In this document: positions 17,369-19,014 of the stretch, one piece after another
Layout of the letters: every line of letters begins with the position of its first letter
How positions within the stretch are numbered: the stretch's first letter is position 1
NCBI GenBank assembly: GCA_018985225.1
Contig: JADGIF010000113.1
Span: forward strand, 1 to 19,014
Length of the DNA: 19,014 bases
DNA from: Amoeboradix gromovi X-113
Lineage: Eukaryota; Fungi; Sanchytriomycota
Direction: 5' to 3'
Program-made: the position numbers and the translations under genes
Notes under the pieces: generated by a model
The model's database searches: none
What the model saw: the letters and a program-made list of their open reading frames with translations, nothing else
Told to the model about the DNA's origin: nothing

Positions 17369-19014
17369 ACCTCAGTATCAGTTCGACCCTTTTTCTCCGT
17401 TTTTGAGCATTCCATAAGAATCTGTTGGAGTAATGAACCTTGCGGCTCAGACTTACAATCTCTCTCTGCAAATTAGCGCACTGTAAAAGCTAGGTTAACT
17501 GTTTTTAATGAGGTACCCATCTTTCATTATCCTTCGCTGACAGATTGGTCTTTAACCATTACTCCATAGAATTTAAAAGACGAAGTCGCAAGCATTGTTT
17601 TCTTAATCCACAGCTACATTACAGCGATCTCGCTGGCGTAACTCTGGACTTCTAAGACATAGTTGAACGATACTTATTACCATCGTCTTTGGATGTTTTA
17701 AGCTACGGAATAAGCAATAGTAATGTCTTATACCAAGTCCTACTTTGAATTCTTGTATGGGATGCCACAATGGCCCTATTTAGAGTTCACATAGCTACCA
17801 CTATTCTTGTAAATCTTACTTTCATAACTTTCTCTCATTTGTCGTTCTTATTTGTTCCTATCTTTTCATCGTATTTCGTAATCGCAGCCAACCCCCTCCC
17901 CATCGTAAGTTCTCTATATCGGATCAATCTTTCTTGAGTTTCATGGTGTTAATGATGATTTGAGCGTTAGTAATATCGTCTGATATGACATAAGTAATAT
18001 AGCATGGATTACCACTTATTAATCTCTTGGACTTCTGATTCGATATCATTTTTTTCTCCCTTTCACTGTGTACTATATAGTTAACATAGAGCATGCAATT
18101 AACCCGCAACCATAGTGTACATGTAACTTTGAAGTTTGTCTCATTCGCGAAACGTAAATTACAAGCTAAAATGTGCAATCAAATGCTAAAAATGCGGAAT
18201 ATCAAGCTTCTCTGACCTAAATTTCAGCCATTTTCTTCACCACCATTCACTCAACTCCTATTGAAATTATTTCATCTTTATTGCAACCAGCGGATGAAAA
18301 TGCAACAAGTACCAGCTCTCATACTTTAGGCATCTATGCAATTACTTTATTCCTAATGTTTGCCACAATCGCTTCTATTAATGCCTTCGAAGATGAGATC
18401 GTAACTGAGAGATTAACTGAATCTGATGGTGGGAAGAGGTATTATGTTCATGCGGTTGATTTTCTGGAGCTACTTTATGCTTAACAGCTTGACTATTTTC
18501 TTGAATAAATCATTTATCGCGAATTTGTATACATTTTTGTATCATTTCAAGACTTTTCCAGATTTTTCTAATAGCTTAAACACTCGATATTCTTTCTTTT
18601 CGCAAGTGTAAATCAATTCTAAAGAAATAACTAATAGTTGTAGTATACATTCATCAACACTGATAAGCTGGTCCAAACACGAAAATTCGATGCCATGTAC
18701 GAGGTATGGCACTTTAAAGAAAACTGATTTAGAAACATACACATATACAAATTGTCATTTGGAAATAGATAGAGACCATATGGCAACAAGGAACATATAC
18801 ATCAAGTATCTGCATCCTTGATCAATTCCGCCTCAGGGTACTGAAGGCTTGAGCACTCACTGTAACAGAGCATTTGGCATTGCTACTTTCTCTGTGGAAA
18901 TTCTCGATTTTCTCGGAAATCAGGACTTTTGACGAGGAGCAAATTCAATTCCATCTCATAATTCTTGCGAGTGAGTACAAAGTGCTATTTATTAAGTTAT
19001 TGCTTATTCTTCTT

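Noticed and set aside
16121-18178. Plus-strand ORFs within or overlapping the 527-aa gene and ORF 17924..18178
   Set aside because: Antisense shadows or non-ATG short ORFs without protein-like features.
1-19014. Non-standard nuclear genetic code (e.g. TAR=Gln as in Amoeboaphelidium protococcarum)
   Set aside because: Conserved genes have no in-frame stops and end at plausible positions with TAA, TAG and TGA.
1-19014. Prokaryotic features (operons, CRISPR, IS elements), tRNA/rRNA genes, transposon ORFs
   Set aside because: Gene content is eukaryotic. I saw no repeat-spacer array, transposase/RT motif, long terminal repeats or cloverleaf.

Overview
This is eukaryotic nuclear DNA from a very compact, apparently intron-free region read in the standard genetic code (the called genes end in TAA, TAG or TGA). 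Recognisable genes are cytosolic RPS18, a PRM1-like plasma-membrane fusion protein, complex I subunit NDUFB8, a MORN-repeat protein resembling a shortened RSPH10B, kinesin-9 KIF6, RRS1 and a DCAF6/DCAF8-type WD40 protein. Two divergent small proteins look like mS25/mL61 (CI-B8 fold) and ELP6. Three orphans carry very short signal peptides: a GPI-anchored protein, a 61-aa dibasic-site peptide precursor, and a 527-aa protein with an NLS-like motif. The mix of a fungal marker (Prm1), ciliary genes, retained complex I, no introns and tiny gene spacers suggests a genome-reduced zoosporic fungus such as a sanchytrid; this is an inference. The best lead is possible cryptic mating machinery: PRM1 with an HMG TR-box-like site just upstream, a neighbouring GPI surface protein, and an unannotated Kex2-type secreted peptide precursor. 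All homology calls come from motif recognition by eye, and no searches were run.
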